DNA of 64,000 bases from Octopus vulgaris (taxonomy: Eukaryota), in contig OX597834.1 in assembly GCA_951406725.2 (NCBI GenBank), forward strand, positions 20,336,001 through 20,400,000. Direction: 5' to 3'. Of the stretch, positions 39,046 through 53,442 are shown in pieces. Each line of letters starts with the position of its first letter. The stretch's first letter is position 1. The translations under genes were made by a program, and so were the position numbers. The notes under the pieces were generated by a model. It searched no databases and was not told the origin of the DNA. It saw only the letters and a list, made by a program, of their open reading frames with translations.

Positions 39046-40035
39046 TTAACATGAGAAGATGGACTGAATAGGTTTTAGCAGAAATCACTACACTTGTTTC
39101 AATGCATCATCAGCTGAATGTTTCATATATTATATGCAACATTGTATTAACATGGTTCAACAATAGCTATATGCTTGCACATCCTCAGGGTACCAGAGTC
39201 AAAGTACTGTGTGGGCAAATACACACACACACATATGATCTAGGTTAGAAACTGGCTTTTTCTCTAATGGCAAAAAATCTTGAAATAAACCTGAATAGGT
39301 GCAGGAATGGCTGTGTGGTGAGAAGCTTGCTTACCAACCACATGGTTCCAGGTTCAGTCCCACTGCGTGGCACCTTGGACAAGTGTCTTCTATAGCCTCA
39401 AGCCAACTAAAGCCTTGTGAGTGGATTTGGAACACCGAAACTTAAATAAGCTCGTCGTATATATACACATATATGTGTGTGTCTGTGTTTGTCCCCCTCA
39501 ACATTGCTTTTTTTTTTTTGTCCCTGCTTGTTTTTTTTTTTCTTCTTACATTCTGCTTTACTTTCCTAATTTTTATTTCATTTTTCCCGTTTTTGAAAAT
39601 CTATGGAGGCATGGTGAGTAGTAAAGGCAAACTCTTTTTGGCTACAACAATATTGAGGGTAAATTATACACTTTTATGAGGTTCCATCTCTGGAAAGAAT
39701 TCAGAGGATTCAGTTCTGTTGATGTGAGACAAAGCATATTTAGCAATCACAAATATTAATGGTAACAACAACAACTACAACAGCAACAATAATAATAATA
39801 ATAATAATGATGATAATGATGATTCCTTTTACAATAGGCACAAGGCCTGAAATTTTGGGGGACGAAGGCTAGCAATTACATAAACCTGGGCTCAACTGGT
39901 ACTTATTTTATTGACCCCAAAAGGATGAAGGGCAAAGTTGACGTCAGCTGTGGAATTTGAACTCAGGACATAAAGACAGATGAAATGCCTCTAAGCATTT
40001 TGCTTGGCTTGCTTATAATTCTAACAGATCACTGC

Positions 40036-40085
<50 letters not shown>

Positions 40086-40099
40086 TAATAATGGTTTTA

Positions 40100-40314
40100 A
40101 ATTTTGGCACAAGGCCAGCAATTTTGGGGGAGAGGATAGGTCGATTGCATCAACCCCAGTGTTTAACTGGTACTTATTTTATTGTCTTTGAAAGAATAAT
40201 ATTTCTTTAACTGGCAAAGTTGACCTCAGCAAAATTTGAACTCAGAATATAAAGATAGAAATGTCGCTAAGCAATTTTGCCCAGCATGCTAGTGTATTCT
40301 GCTAACTCGCTGCC

Positions 40315-40316
<2 letters not shown>
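40100..40316 (-). mobile_element. SINE family A antisense copy
   Basis: GAATTTG/AAATTTGAACTCAGAA (reverse B box) and CTGGTACTTATTTT; its head abuts the long (AAT)n. Confidence 0.8.
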
Positions 40317-40389
<73 letters not shown>

Positions 40390-40652
40390 TGATAATAAAA
40401 TGATAATAATAATAAAATGATAATAATAATAATAATAATAATAATAAAATAATAATAATAATAAATAATAAAATAATAATAATAATAATATAATAATAAT
40501 AATAATAAAAAATAATAATAATAATAATAAAATGATAATAATAATAATAATAATAATAATAAAATAATAATAATAATAAAATAATAATAATAATAATAAT
40601 AAAATAATAATAATAATAATAATAAAATAATAATAATAATAATAATAAAATG

Positions 40653-40688
<36 letters not shown>

Positions 40689-40692
40689 TAAA

Positions 40693-40737
<45 letters not shown>

Positions 40738-40838
40738 GAACAATAATAATAATAATAAAAATATAATAATAATAATAATAATAAAATAAAAAAGAACAAT
40801 AATAATAATAATGATAATAATAATAAAAATAATAATAG
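40317..40838. repeat. ~520-bp interrupted (AAT)n microsatellite
   Basis: Direct observation; explains ORFs 40302-40850 and 40315-40842. Confidence 0.97.
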
Positions 40839-41265
40839 CCAAAACAGCAACAGAAATATGAATTAATTGTTGTTCAAGGTATGTCTGTTATGTTCCCAAT
40901 AGAGCATATGTTTTGAAATTCTTCCTGTCAGCAAATAACAACAAACGGTAAGAATTGTTAAGTGATCTGGGAATTCTCTTGAAGTATTCATTGATGCTTG
41001 TCTGCTAGTTTCGGTAAAATAAACCATGTTATTCCACTTGGTTTATATCAGTGCATTGAACACTGGAAACCTACTTTCATCTTTTGATCTGTTATTTATC
41101 TATGTGTATCTCCTCATTTTATATCTGGCTATCTGATTGACTGTCTGTCCGTGTGTCTGCCGGTCTGCTTATCAATCTATCGCAGTGTTTATACGTTTTG
41201 TCTGTCTATCTGACTATCTCTCCGATTGTCTGTCTAGCTACCTGCATTACCTATATTTAAGTATG

Positions 41266-41376
<111 letters not shown>

Positions 41377-41564
41377 TTGTTATCTGTTTAACCAACAGTC
41401 TGTCTAGCTGCCTATTTGTCTCTGTCTCTCTCTCTCTCTGAATGTCTGGCTGCCTCTCTACCTGTCTACCTGTCTACCTGTATGTGTGTTTGTATTTTAA
41501 TCTCTTTATATAACTGTGTTTATGTATATACATACACACATACACACACATATGTATGTGTATG

Positions 41565-41603
<39 letters not shown>

Positions 41604-42640
41604 ATATATATTTGTAATTACACATATGCACACATAGACATATGCATCTGTGTATGTATGGCCTGTAATTAAAAACATGCACACACACACACACATATGC
41701 ACATGCACACCATATGCACACGCATCTGCATGTCTGTATATCATTCTGTCAGTTTCTCTAATTCCTTTCATCTCTCTCTCTCTCTCTCTCTCTCTTTCTT
41801 CCACTCTTACTCATCTCTCTACCTTTCCTTCCTTTCGGAGCACTCAATCTGCTGATCAAAGGCGCTCGACCGACCGACCAACCGACCGAACCAACCCCCA
41901 CTCGCATGCCGAACCTCACTCACAGGGGTAAACCGTTCTCAACACCCACCCACCTTAGTCCCAATCCACCCCAACCCACCCCATCAACTTCTTAGGATTA
42001 CTTCTTGTTTTTGCTGTTGTTGTTGTTGTTGTTGTTGCCTCCCACCTCTTCCTCTTTCACCAGGTTTTATTGCTTATGTAAAGACATTTCATACACAACA
42101 TCACAACAGCAGATGAGGAAATAACAACAACAACAGCAACAATAACAACTACAGCAAATATTGGCATCAAGCATTAGCTAGCAACACTACTGCCTCTACC
42201 ATCGTTTCTGACAACAACAACAACAACAGCCCTACACAAGTGAGACATACCATCAGACATCCATTTCAATAAAATGTGATTACAATATTGATTAAGCCAA
42301 TGAGAGAGAGAGTGAGAACATGTGCAGCTGTTCACCATGCTAGAAATAGCAGCCAGATTTATAGGTAGAGGTGTAGGTGTGTGGTTAAGGACTTCAAAAG
42401 TGGTTTCTCAATCACATGGTTTTAGGTTCAGTCTTATTGAGCAGCACCTTAGACAGGGGTCTTTTAGTACAGTCTAAGATCAACTAAAGCCATGTGAGTG
42501 GATTTGGTAGACAGAAACTGAAAGAAGCCCATGATATATGTCTATACATGTGTGTGTGTGTGTGTGTTTGTGTGTGTGTTTGTGTGTGTGTTTGTGTGTT
42601 TGTTCGTGTGTGTGTCTGTGTGTGTATCTGTGTGTGTGTC

Positions 42641-42672
<32 letters not shown>

Positions 42673-42901
42673 TGTGTGCGTGTGTTTTTGTCTGTGTGTT
42701 TGTGTCTCTTTGCCTTGACATCGTGTGATTGTTGTAAATGAGTGTCACCGTCATACAGGTGGTGTTGTTCATTTTCACTTTGCTTCTGAAAGATATCTAA
42801 AATTTAACCCGACTCAGAAACATGTGATGGTTGGTAAGTAGGAAGGGCATCTGGTTGTAGTAAATCTGCTTCAAGAAAACTCCATTCAACCACCAAAAAA
42901 G

Positions 42902-43114
42902 GAGTGAGTGCTGAAAAGTTCTTGGTTTCAGGTAAAAGAAAATACTGGAGAATTAGTTAATTATGAATATATTCAACATATTCCAACTCTAAGATTAACA
43001 CACTTATACCAGTCCTTCAGGTTTTCTAAGCCCTGGAAAAAAAACTCAGACAGTTAGGCCTACAGTCGGGCCTTTTTTGTTACCCTTAAAACCAGGAACT
43101 TTTCAGTACCCCCT
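42902..43114. mobile_element. mariner-type MITE
   Basis: Imperfect TIRs GAGTGAGTGCTGAAAAGTTCTTGGTTT and AAAACCAGGAACTTTTCAGTACCCCCT. Confidence 0.7.
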
Positions 43115-43397
43115 TAAATATTATATATATATATTTGAGAAGAGGATTTATCAGCTTACTGTTGTTTCCATTAAGAGATTAAGCTAATGCAAAAAGTATT
43201 GTAAGTTACTCCCTTAAATTTTTTTTAAAGAGCTAGCACAGTTAGTTACTTTCTTAGCCGAAACAGCTGTAAGCTAATGCATTAACTTGTACTTCATTAT
43301 CTACTCTTCACATTTGGGATTATATTTTGTTGCCGTCTGCCCAGAGGATTACTGTGGTATTACTGCCTCACAGTTGCTGTGTGTGTCTGTGTGCCTT

Positions 43398-43458
<61 letters not shown>

Positions 43459-43879
43459 CTGTCTGAGTTTGTGAGTGTGAGTGTGTGCACACCACTGTGT
43501 GTAAGTGTATATAATCACACCTAGCAGTTTGGTTGATCATATGATATATATGTGTGTTTGTGTGTATATATATATATATGTATGTATGTATATGGCAATG
43601 AATGGGGCTAATGAGAAGTATAGTGTGTGTGCATGTGTGTAAATATGCACACGATAAAAACTGCACTCACCACTTTTAAGTGAGTATGCATTGATACCAC
43701 ACACCATACTGTCCCTTGTACACACACACACACACACACACACAGACACACATATAGATGCATACACGCATATACATATTCACACACGAGTATATGCACA
43801 TACACACACCCATTTGCATGTATATGTGGAAACTAGAATATGTAAAAAAAAAACATCCAGGTATGCACCATTATGATAT

Positions 43880-43966
<87 letters not shown>

Positions 43967-44704
43967 GGGATCACAAATAGCTAACACTGATTTATTATCA
44001 TTATTATTATTATTATGATTATTATTATCAATATTATTATTAGTATTAGTAATATTGTTATTATTATTTCACATGGGACTTTGCTGGTCTAATTATTATC
44101 ACTATATAAATGTGTGTGGTGGCATGTGTCTCTGTAGTTAAACGTACAGAATTTCCCATGCTTTGATGTGTTTTATTTTTTGGGGAATCTGTCGAAACAT
44201 GTTGAGTGCGTTAAAATTTTCTACTGCATGCAAGAGTGTGTACACGTACCAGTGGGGTGGGGGCTGGTGATGGTGTTGAGTGCACGTAAATCAATAGAAA
44301 CGTGAATGCGTACGCATACATAAACTCATAACATCAATATGCATGCACACAAACATGCACATGCATATAGATATGCATACACGTGCATTTATATATGCAC
44401 CGTGTAACACATTGGGTGTTGTATTTTCTGCTTTAGCCCTGATCCAACGAAAGCCATGTGAGTAAATGGGATGGTCAGATATTATGTAGAAATACATGTA
44501 TGTATGTATGTGTGTATGTGTATGAATGTATATGTGGCTGTGTGGTAAGAAGCTTCCTTCCCGACCACATGGTTCTGGGTTCAATCCTACAGTGTAAAAA
44601 CTTGGGCTTCTTCTAATATAGCTACACACTATCATCCGAAAGGATGAGAAGCAAAGTCAACCTTGGCAGAATTTGAACTCAGAACATAAAGATAGACGAA
44701 ATAC

Positions 44705-44938
44705 CTATTTCTTTACTGCCCACTAGGGGCTAAAAACAGAGAGGACAAACAAGGGCAGACAGACGGGTTAAGTCGATTATATCGAGCCCAGTGCGTAACT
44801 TGTACTTAATTTATCGACCCCGAAAGGATGAGAATCAAAGTCAACCTTGGCAGAATTTGAACTCAGAACATAAAGGCAGACGAAGTACCACTAAGCATTT
44901 CGCCCGGTGTGCTAACATATCTGCCAGCTCACCACCTT
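44705..44938 (-). mobile_element. SINE family A antisense copy, with a duplicated partial segment at 44636-44704
   Basis: Reverse complement of 15720-15945; GAAAGGATGAGAA..AAAGTCAACCTTGGCAGAATTTGAACTCAGAACATAAAG occurs twice. Confidence 0.85.
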
Positions 44939-45562
44939 AATAGAAATATTTATTAAATTACAATGAATATAGATAAAACAAACTCCACATTTGCCTATCT
45001 GCAATAAATCTATATTATCAATAACATTAATATGGTTTAACTATTAATTACAATAATATGTTAGTACTCCAGTAATATAATCAGAAGACAAACATGCATG
45101 TTTGTCTTTGATTTTAATGTGAATCAGCTTTATATAAGCATTATACATGAGAAATATAATATATATTCTAAATATTAGCCATCCTCTGTTATTCTGGTGT
45201 TCAGTAGTGTGAATTTATGCAGTGGTGGCCAAAAAAAAAATTTGTATTTCATTGAAATTTGAAAATTGTTGAGATAGCAAGTAGCAGTCATGCAGTAGAT
45301 AAAGGAGGAGGTGGAGGAGATAAAGAAGTAGTAAAAGTAGAATGTGAACGTGGGGGGAGGTGATCCTTTGTTGTAATTGTAGGAAATAACATGTGGAGTA
45401 GTGGGAGTAGCAGACAGTGAGGGAGGGAGGGAGGAAATATCCATGTAAGTGTGATCTAGCAACAACTACTATGTGTTACAGGTATGATATATATGCACAC
45501 ACACACGCACAAGCAAATGTATACATGCTATATGTGTGTGTGTGTGTGTATATGTATGTATG

Positions 45563-45608
<46 letters not shown>

Positions 45609-45668
45609 AATGCATATATATATATACACATATATGCATACATATATATATATATAAATATACATATA

Positions 45669-45716
<48 letters not shown>

Positions 45717-46423
45717 TACATTCATATATATATTTGATGTACATATATAGAGTTAAAAAGTTAAAAAGAACACTCAATATGAGAAATAGAGCAATTATAT
45801 TTTTATAAAGTGGGGTAGTATAAATACATATATGTGTGTGTATTTATACTACATAAATATACATACATGCATATATATATATATACAGAGATACAGTGAG
45901 AGACAGACAAATAGACAGATGCATAGATATGCACTGTCTCTCTCTTCCCTTTCTCTCCTCCCCTTCTCTCTCTCTCTCTTTCACTCTCTCTCTCTCTTCC
46001 CTTCTCTGCATTTGTTTTTGCTACTGTGTAGACATTCTTTGTGTTACAATTGTCATTCCCCATTTTGACCTATCAGCATGATCTTTTTGCAAAGATAAAC
46101 ACAGACTGATGTAACACACACACACACACACACGTGTATATCCATTCAACCAATAGAAACAATGTGTTCCCCGCGTCTAATCTTAAAATGTGAAGACACT
46201 GTCTTGGACGGTTCACTTGCTACAATATTACTACTTGATGAGAAGAACAGCACTTTTACAGTTGATGTGTGCTGGTGTCTACAAGCTATATATTTATAGA
46301 TACAATATACATACATACATGCATACACATTTATATTAATATATACATATACATATACATATATATATATATATATATATACATTTATAATGTATATATA
46401 TATACACACATAGATACATGCAT

Positions 46424-46483
<60 letters not shown>

Positions 46484-46674
46484 ATACATGTGTGCATACA
46501 TACAAACAAACATCTATATATATGCATGTATACATGTATATATATGTGTGTGTGTGTGCATGTATGTATACATGTGTATGTACATACACACACATATAAA
46601 AACAGATATATATATATGCATGTATATATATATTCATGTTTATATATATATGTATATATATTTATATGCATATA

Positions 46675-46709
<35 letters not shown>

Positions 46710-47340
46710 AACGTTGCATTCACATTGTACATCTTTGCATGTCTCTATATGTGTATTTTTGTGTATGTATACAAACACATATACACACACAACTCCCACC
46801 TCACACACACACACACACAGACACACTCAGACACACACACACACACCCACATCCACACACATATTCCAACATATGCTCCGTAATATGCTGTGTGTCTGTA
46901 ATACTTTATTTTCGTCTCTGATTTTGACAATTCCTGCTGACCTTTTGGCTTGCTTTTTTATTATTATTATTTTGTTTTCTGTTTTGGTTATTGTCAAGTT
47001 TTTATTTTGTCTTTTTTTTTCTTTTTGTCAGTAAATTGTCTGCTCAGCATCTTCTTCCTGATCGTGATCAATTGATCTATGTGTGTGATTTATTGATGAA
47101 CATGTGTGTTATCAGTCTTGCTAGCTTTTGTTTTGTTGTGCTACATTTCACCGGCGACAGTCATTTTTATTGCTGCTCTATATATCTTATTGTGTGTGAT
47201 ATATCTATCTGTCTAGCCATCAATATGTCTATCTTTCTGTCTGTCTGTAGATATATACATATATATCCCCCAGCACCCTCTCTCTCTCTCTCTTATATAT
47301 ATATATATATATATATATATAGATATTATATATGTACATG

Positions 47341-47434
<94 letters not shown>

Positions 47435-47615
47435 TATATATAGATATTATATATGTACATGATATATTATATATATATATATAGATATATATATAGATAT
47501 TATATATACATGATATATATGTACATGATATAAATGGCGGTGCCCCAGCATGGCCACAGCTCATGAGCTGAAACTAGATAAAATTTTAAAAAAAATAAAA
47601 TGAAATATATATATT

Positions 47616-47646
<31 letters not shown>

Positions 47647-47719
47647 ATATACATATATATGATATATATATACTATATATATGTTCATTACATACATATA
47701 TAATGTATAGATATAAAGA

Positions 47720-48072
47720 TCTTTTATTCTTTTACTTGTTTCAGTCAGTTGACTGTGGCCATGCTGGAACACCACCCTTAGTCGAACAAATCAACCTCAG
47801 GATTTATTCTTTGTAAACATAGTATGTAGACTATCAGCCTCTTTTGCTGAACTGCTAAATTACGGGGATGTATACACACCAGTTGTCAAGCAGTGTTGGG
47901 AGAAAAACATACACACACACAAACAAACACGCACGTGTGCGTATATACAGCAGGCTTCTTTCAGTTTCCATTTACCAAATCCTCTCACAAGGCCTTGGGG
48001 TTATAGTAGAAGAACTTGCTCAAGGTGCCACGCAGTGGGACTGAACCTGGAACCATGTGGTTGGTAAGCAAG
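47720..48072 (-). mobile_element. SINE family B antisense copy
   Basis: Matches 24705-25110. Confidence 0.8.
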
Positions 48073-48614
48073 TGTGTGTGTGCATCATTTCAGTAATTAG
48101 ACTGAGACCATGCTGGAACACCAGCATGAATAGTTTTTAGCCAAATGAATTAACCCCAGTACATACTTTTGTTCCTTTTCAGTTTGACGCTTATTCTATT
48201 ACTCCTTTTTGCTGAACCGTTAAGTTATGGGAACGTAAACACACCAACACTGATTGCCAGATGGTGGTTGCAGACACACATGTGAAGAGCTGGTGACATT
48301 TGTTAACATTTCCTTGTTGTCAAATCATTCATTTGCTCTGTGCTTTCAAAATCCAGTGGAATGGAAGCTGCATCACCTAATAAAAAGGTGATGACCTGTG
48401 TTTGTATTGCCATCGATGTTCCCTCCTATCATATGCATCTCTACGTATGCCCACCACTCCTGATGCTAACAGCCATACCACCAACACCACAGCAACTAGC
48501 ATACAACCTCTACCCCTAATTCCACCAATACCACTGTCACCAGTTTTGTTACTGCTACTACTACTACTACTACTATTACTACTACTGCTGCTACCACTAT
48601 TACTACTGCTGTTG

Positions 48615-48685
<71 letters not shown>

Positions 48686-50589
48686 GCATTTAGAATGACA
48701 TTTTCTTTATCATGCATTATCAACTGTTGCTCTGACCATTATCAGTATTAATCAGTTTTCCCCTTCCCCTCAAAAGTGCAGGGTCATTAGCATGCCAGAC
48801 TTAATGCTTAGCAGCATTTCGTCTCTCTTTATATTCCGAGTTCAAATTCCACCAAGCTTGACTTTGCTTTTCACCCTTTTGGGGGTTCATAAAATAAAGT
48901 ACCAACTGAGTCCCAGAGTCAAGGAAATTGACAAGACCCTCTACCATAAAATTTCAGGCCTTGTGCTAAGAGTAGGGAGGATTAAAATGACCATGGAATT
49001 GCACCTAGAAATTTATCCTCTGAGGCACAAGTCCGAGCAAGGTTGATTACAGAAGACCAGCAGTCACCCATGCATACCAGCCTCCACCTCCTCCATACCA
49101 TCGATGTTATCCAAGAGAAAGGCAAAGGTAGATACAGCTTGGCACCAATGAATTGTCACAACTCATTTCTATAGATGAGTGAACTGGAGCAATGTGAAAT
49201 AAGGTGTCTTGCCCGGTCCAGGAATTGAACTCACAACCTCATGATATGAGCCCAATGCTCTAACCACTGAGCCACATGCCTTCACATAGGGAGGATTATT
49301 ATCATAGTTATCAAGGCAACAAAATGGCAGAGTGGTCAGGAAGCCACACCAAATGCTTAGTGGCATTTTGTCCATCTTTATGCTCTAAGTTCAAATTCCA
49401 CTGTGGTCGGCTTCACCCTTCATTCTTTCAGGGTCATTAAAATAAGGTACATTGAGGCAGAAAGCTGGCAGAAATGTTAGCACACCGGGTGAAATGCTTA
49501 ACGGTATTCCATCTGACTTTACGTTCTGAGTTCAAATTCCACTGAGGTCGACTTTGCCTTTCATCCTTTCAGGGTCGATAAATTAAGCACTAGTTGCATA
49601 CTGGGAGGTGTGGTCGATCTAATCGTCTGGCCCCTCCCCCAAAATTTGAGGCCTTGTGCCTGGAATAAAAAAGAAAATATGTACCAGTCATACACTGAGG
49701 TTAATGAAATTGATTATCTCCCTCTCTCAAAATTAGTAGAAAGGATTATTAGTATTACTGACTTCATCATTATCATTGCTATTATTATTATTGCTATTAT
49801 TATTATTATTATTATTATTCTTATTATTATTATTATCATTATCAATAATATAATTATCATCGTTTTAATCATAATATAATTATCATCACTGTTGTCATTA
49901 GCATGCCATGCAAAATGCTTTGCAGATTTCATCCATCTTTTTAGTCGAAGTTCAAATTCCACCAAGGTTGACTTTGTCTTTCAACCTCCTGGGGTCAATG
50001 GAATAAGAACCAATTGAACCCTGGGATCGATGTAATTGACTTATACCCACCACGAAATTGCTGGCCTTGTGCCAAAATACGAAATCATTATCATTATTAT
50101 CATTATTGCCCTTAATATATTTCTTATTGTTATTATCATCCTTAATGTTGTTATTATTATTATATTTATCACTATTATTATTGCTGTCATTATGATGATG
50201 ATGATGATGCTAGGTGTAAAGAGTTTCTTCAAAGAAGCATGGAATAGGAGCGACCAAGTGATGCGTGGCAAACTTCAATTGCAAATAACAGCAGTGACAA
50301 TAGCCAACACTCGGGGGGGCTGGAGAACAGGGGGGGATTTGAGTGATAAAGTACATGGGGTGGAGTGGGGGTGGTCGTACTATGGCGGGGAGGATGGGGT
50401 TGTGGGCGTGGGAGTGAGTGCATGGGCGTTTGTGGGAATGGTGGGGTGGGTGAGTGGCTGCTCATTGCCACCCGAGTTTATGTGTATTTTAGCATATGTG
50501 TGTGTGTGTTTTTTGTGTGAATGTGTTTGTGATTTCATGTTTACATCTGTGTATTTTGATATATACATACATACAAACATATACATACA

Positions 50590-50632
<43 letters not shown>

Positions 50633-50742
50633 CTGCAATACATATATAACTATTCATATACATACACACATACATACATATATACATATGTATATATATT
50701 TCTTTATTGTGAACATATTTTAGTTATTTGTTAATGTATGCT

Positions 50743-50783
<41 letters not shown>

Positions 50784-51289
50784 GCTTGTGTATGTGTGTG
50801 TGTTTGTTTTATAGATGTTTGCTTATGGTGTATGTCTCCAAGTGTGCTTATATATATGTTTACAATGTATGTGTGTGAGAGAGAAAGCAAGTGTGTGTGT
50901 GTGTGTGTGTGTGTTTGCACTTTTGAATTATTAAACATTATGCTAATGTAAGTGCATGTATGTTTGTGTGTGTGTGTGTGTGTGCGTTTGTGTCTATGTG
51001 AGTGTGGATGTATTCTTGAGGAAGTCAAATATTACATTCATATGAGGTGGGGGTGTATATCTTTACATGGGTGTTTGTGTATGTGAATGCATTTGTGTGT
51101 ACGCGTGATGGTGTGTATAGGCGCATTCAACTGTACGATGAATGCTTGAATGTACAAAACATTATTCTGAAGCTTGCGTTAGTATGCAAGAGAGACCATG
51201 TATGAGTGTGTACATATGTATGTATATACATGCATACATACACATATATATATGTGTGTATACATATACACATACACATATATATCCAT

Positions 51290-51728
51290 GTGTATACAGA
51301 CATATATATTCATGTGTATATATATGTATGTATACATATACACACATGCTCACATACACATATATATTCATGTGTATACATACATATATATTCTTGTTTA
51401 TATATATATATGTATGTATAAATATACACACATGCGCACATACACATATATATTCATGTGTATACATATATATTCATGTGTATATATGTATGTATACATA
51501 TACACACATGCGCACATACACATATATATTTATGTGTATACATACATATATATTCTTGTGTATATATATATATGTATGTATACATATACACACATGCACA
51601 CATACACATATATATTCATGTGTATACATACATATATATTCTTGTGTATATATATATATATATGTATACATATACACACATATGCACATACACATATATA
51701 TTCATGTGTATACATACATATATATTCT

Positions 51729-51767
<39 letters not shown>

Positions 51768-51890
51768 ACATATACACACATGCGCACATACACATATATA
51801 TTCATGTGTATACATACATATTCTTGTGTATATATATGTATGTATACATATACACACATGCACATGCACACATATATATTCATATACATA
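51290..51890. repeat. degenerate ~60-90 bp minisatellite built from TA/CA repeats
   Basis: Recurring CATACACATATATATTCATGTGTATACATACATATATATTCTTGTG..CACACATGC(G/A)CA units. Confidence 0.8.
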
Positions 51891-52456
51891 TCTGTATTTA
51901 TGCACGCGTCTACATGTGTATGCATGTGTATGCATAAGCTGAATTTTCAACATGTATTTCAGTTTTGGATTATGCATGTGGTGTGGGTGTATTTCTCTGA
52001 GTGTGTGTGTGGGGGGTTATGAGTGTATCTGTTATTTTTTACCTTCTACTTGTTTTGATCGTTGGGTTGTGGCCATGCTGGAGCATTGCCCTGGAGGGTT
52101 TTTAGTTGGAAATGTCAACCCAAGTAGTGAATATTTTGTAAGTCAAATGCTTATTGTTTTGTATGGAGAGATAAATAAACAGCGGATTTCAAGAAGGATG
52201 GAGTGTGACAAATGCAGTCACTCATAGACACACACACACAGATACAGACATACACACACACATATAAGTTGATATAATATAACGAATCAAGCTCCTTTTA
52301 TAGGGCTGTAAAACATCCAATTTTCAATGGTTAACCGTTTAATACCCAATATAGTAGAAAGATATTCTGCACCACCAATGGGTGTATATACACAATATAC
52401 AATAATAAAAGGAAAATGGAGAATTTAAACATTATATATATATATATGAATTAACA

Positions 52457-52491
<35 letters not shown>

Positions 52492-52494
52492 GCC

Positions 52495-52681
52495 ATGATA
52501 GATCACTAGCCACTGAACCTTTTTCTATTTTCTCTCCCTATTTATTTCTGTTCCTTTCTGTCAAAGAGCATAGGCTCAAAACATAAAAGACTTTCTCACT
52601 TCCAGAGTGTTAAACTAACACATCTGCTTGTTGTTTACACACCCGACTTCGTCTTTTGTTTTCTTTTTGGTAAATTCACAC

Positions 52682-52682
<1 letters not shown>
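52495..52682 (+). mobile_element. short Penelope-type element (hammerhead family 1) between (TA)n tracts
   Basis: CTTT-CTGTCAA-A-GAGC[atag]GCTC-AAAAC-ATA-AAAG at 52554-52589; the body matches 35451-35637 in reverse. Confidence 0.65.
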
Positions 52683-52771
<89 letters not shown>

Positions 52772-53008
52772 CAGGGTTGGCAAAAAGTCACCTGACAGTA
52801 AATCAAAATCCATTTAATTACAAGATTAAAACAGAAAATTATGTTATATGAGACTTCGCTAATAAATCGAAAAATGCTGGGAAAAAATGGTGATTTTAAC
52901 TTAAAGCATTTAATTATTAAATATTCATAATTGGAATGAATAAATAAAATTGAATATTAAGTATTTATGAATTTTGATTTATTATCAGGTGACTTTTGGC
53001 CACCCTTG
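52772..53008. mobile_element. Tc1/mariner-derived MITE with TA TSD
   Basis: TA-CAGGGTTGGCAAAAAGTCACCTGACAGTAAATCAAAAT ... ATTTTGATTTATTATCAGGTGACTTTTGGCCACCCTTG-TA; ~40-bp imperfect TIRs. Confidence 0.85.
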
Positions 53009-53405
53009 TATATATTCACACATATATAAATTTGTATTGTAATATACAGATTTATAGAAACATGTGGCTGTCATAGAAAGCTCCTCCAGTAGACCGGACT
53101 AGCAAACTACATAGCAATCCAATACAGAGGAGATTCTATTGATGTTTAAGCATTGGTGCAACTACGATGCACTGGTGATCTGATAAGCTAGCATTCTTGC
53201 AGAGTTGTTGGAGCATAGGATAAGGTGCCTTGCAGTCTGTGTTCTGGCTTTGTGCATTCTGAGTTCAAATCTTAGATTATCTCAAAAAAATGGTGACACT
53301 TCTGGGAAGAGTTGCGGCTGAGGGATTTGAAACATTAATGGAGATATAGTTTCTTTTTTAACTACAAAATCAACTGTCACCACTGTCACATACATGCACA
53401 CATGC

Positions 53406-53442
<37 letters not shown>

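Noticed and set aside
50212-50320. GVKSFFKEAWNRSDQVM resembling an ion-channel S2-S3 motif
   Set aside because: No polypyrimidine acceptor (it is preceded by (GAT)n), no following hydrophobic helix and no donor.
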